A stretch of 64,000 bases of DNA from positions 8,313 to 72,312 of IMG/VR virus record IMGVR_UViG_3300049846_001597. One strand, 5' to 3'. The position numbers were made by a program, and so were the translations under genes. Every line of letters starts with the position of its first letter. The first letter of the stretch is position 1. Below the pieces are notes generated by a model. The model did not search any database, was not told the origin of the DNA, and was given only the letters and a program-made list of their open reading frames with translations. Below, piece after piece: positions 63,131-64,000 of the stretch. Source of the stretch: a virus.

Positions 63131-63468
63131 CAGGTGTCCGCGACGGCGTTGACGTAAAGATCGTCAGTGGGGCCGTCCGTGGTGCTGCGGCGCTTGCGGC
63201 GGATCAGAAACGTACGGGTCGAGTTGGCGGCGATGAAGATGTCGGCCTGTGAGGCGTCTCCACCGGAGCTTGCCGTATGGAAGCGAACGCGCGCGCCAGT
63301 CGTGCCGTCATCATTAGAAATAACGATAGCTTTGATCGGGGCGGTTTCACCGACCTGCGTGTAGGTGTTGGCGAGAGCGACGCCAGCCGTGCGCCGCACA
63401 AGCGTATCCCAAAGCGGCTCATTGGTGCCGGGCTCGATGTCCGAGAACTCAAAGATGGAAATGGTCAT
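63130..63468 (-). CDS. Small structural beta-sandwich protein
   Basis: Beta-rich composition. Confidence 0.55.
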   Translation of the reverse strand: MTISIFEFSDIEPGTNEPLWDTLVRRTAGVALANTYTQVGETAPIKAIVISNDDGTTGARVRFHTASSGGDASQADIFIAANSTRTFLIRRKRRSTTDGPTDDLYVNAVADT

Positions 63469-63485
63469 GGCGCTATCTTACCCCC

Positions 63486-63890
63486 TCAGAGCGCGCCGCT
63501 GATCTCTGCGGTGCGCGGGGAGGCGGCGCGGGCAAGCGCCGGTTGCGCCACCTCATCCCAGACCACATAAAGCGCAAACAAAATGACGACCCAATTTTTG
63601 GCGACGAACTCCGCCGCAGGCTTCAAGATGTCGGCGCGGCCAACGTTGCGCGCCTCCTGGGCGGCCATCCGCAACTCAAGCGCATGGAGGTGGGCTTTGA
63701 AGCCGCTGTGCTCTTGGCCGCCACGATCACACACGTCGCCGACTTTGGCGTAGAGTTCGCTATAGTGGCGGTCGAGCTTCTCATCGAGAGAGGCCCAGCG
63801 GCGCTCGGAGTTGCTTTGATGGGCCAAGAACGCGGCATGCAGATTGTTGAGGCCATGAGTGATCTGATGCAGGGCTTCGCTTTCCGTCAT
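63486..63890 (-). CDS. Coiled-coil plus TM protein (holin/antiholin-like position)
   Basis: Coiled coil, then WVVILFALYVVW. Confidence 0.5.
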   Translation of the reverse strand: MTESEALHQITHGLNNLHAAFLAHQSNSERRWASLDEKLDRHYSELYAKVGDVCDRGGQEHSGFKAHLHALELRMAAQEARNVGRADILKPAAEFVAKNWVVILFALYVVWDEVAQPALARAASPRTAEISGAL

Positions 63891-64000
63891 CACTGCACCT
63901 TGGCGATGTGAAGCGGAATGTAGCGCCACCCTTCTTTATCGCGCGAGGCAAACGTCTCAGCGACGCCCGTCAGCCGGTAGCCGCGCTTGAGAAGCGCCCG

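Larger units (their letters stand above)
1..64000. mobile_element. Tailed bacteriophage genome (partial), podovirus-like, probable alphaproteobacterial host
   Basis: Terminase, portal, capsid, gp4/gp10-like proteins, spanins, DnaB, Bet and NinB in dense overlapping operons; no host housekeeping genes; no tail tube, sheath or tape measure recognised. Confidence 0.95.

Noticed and set aside
1-64000. Stop-codon reassignment implied by the release-factor domain
   Set aside because: Core genes are full length in the standard code and TAA, TAG and TGA all end coupled genes

Overview
The whole window reads as most of one GC-rich tailed-phage genome with a podovirus-like (P22-type gp4/gp10 plus ejection-protein) virion module, probably infecting an alphaproteobacterium (GcrA-like proteins, CtrA-like boxes, alpha-type dif-like site). 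Minus strand, right to left: TerS, TerL, double beta-helix tailspike, portal, fibre/decoration genes, GroES-like protein, scaffold, major capsid, tRNA(CAT), outer-membrane beta-barrel, head completion, ejection proteins, tail, holin/spanins. Next come a plus-strand ParB-like/HNH/Bet/NinB operon, a replication module (initiator with internal iterons plus DnaB) and many small accessory genes. No integrase, endolysin, DNA polymerase or CRISPR array was recognised. Most notable: (1) about ten unrelated 'cargo' genes interleaved with virion genes share an N-terminal (P/S)LRxALxxAL helix and often a hydrophobic Gly/Ala tail, and several are stand-alone polyvalent-protein effector domains, suggesting a tag-directed virion-loading and injection system; (2) a dispersed regulon of sigma70 promoters carrying a TGTA-N-TACA palindrome over the -10 box, centred on an RHH repressor gene; (3) a tRNA(CAT), Met-Thr-Met-amber uORF and hairpin-locked basic protein module, plus a free-standing GGQ release-factor domain; (4) a XerCD dif-like site. 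All family assignments come from motif recognition by eye; no database searches were run.
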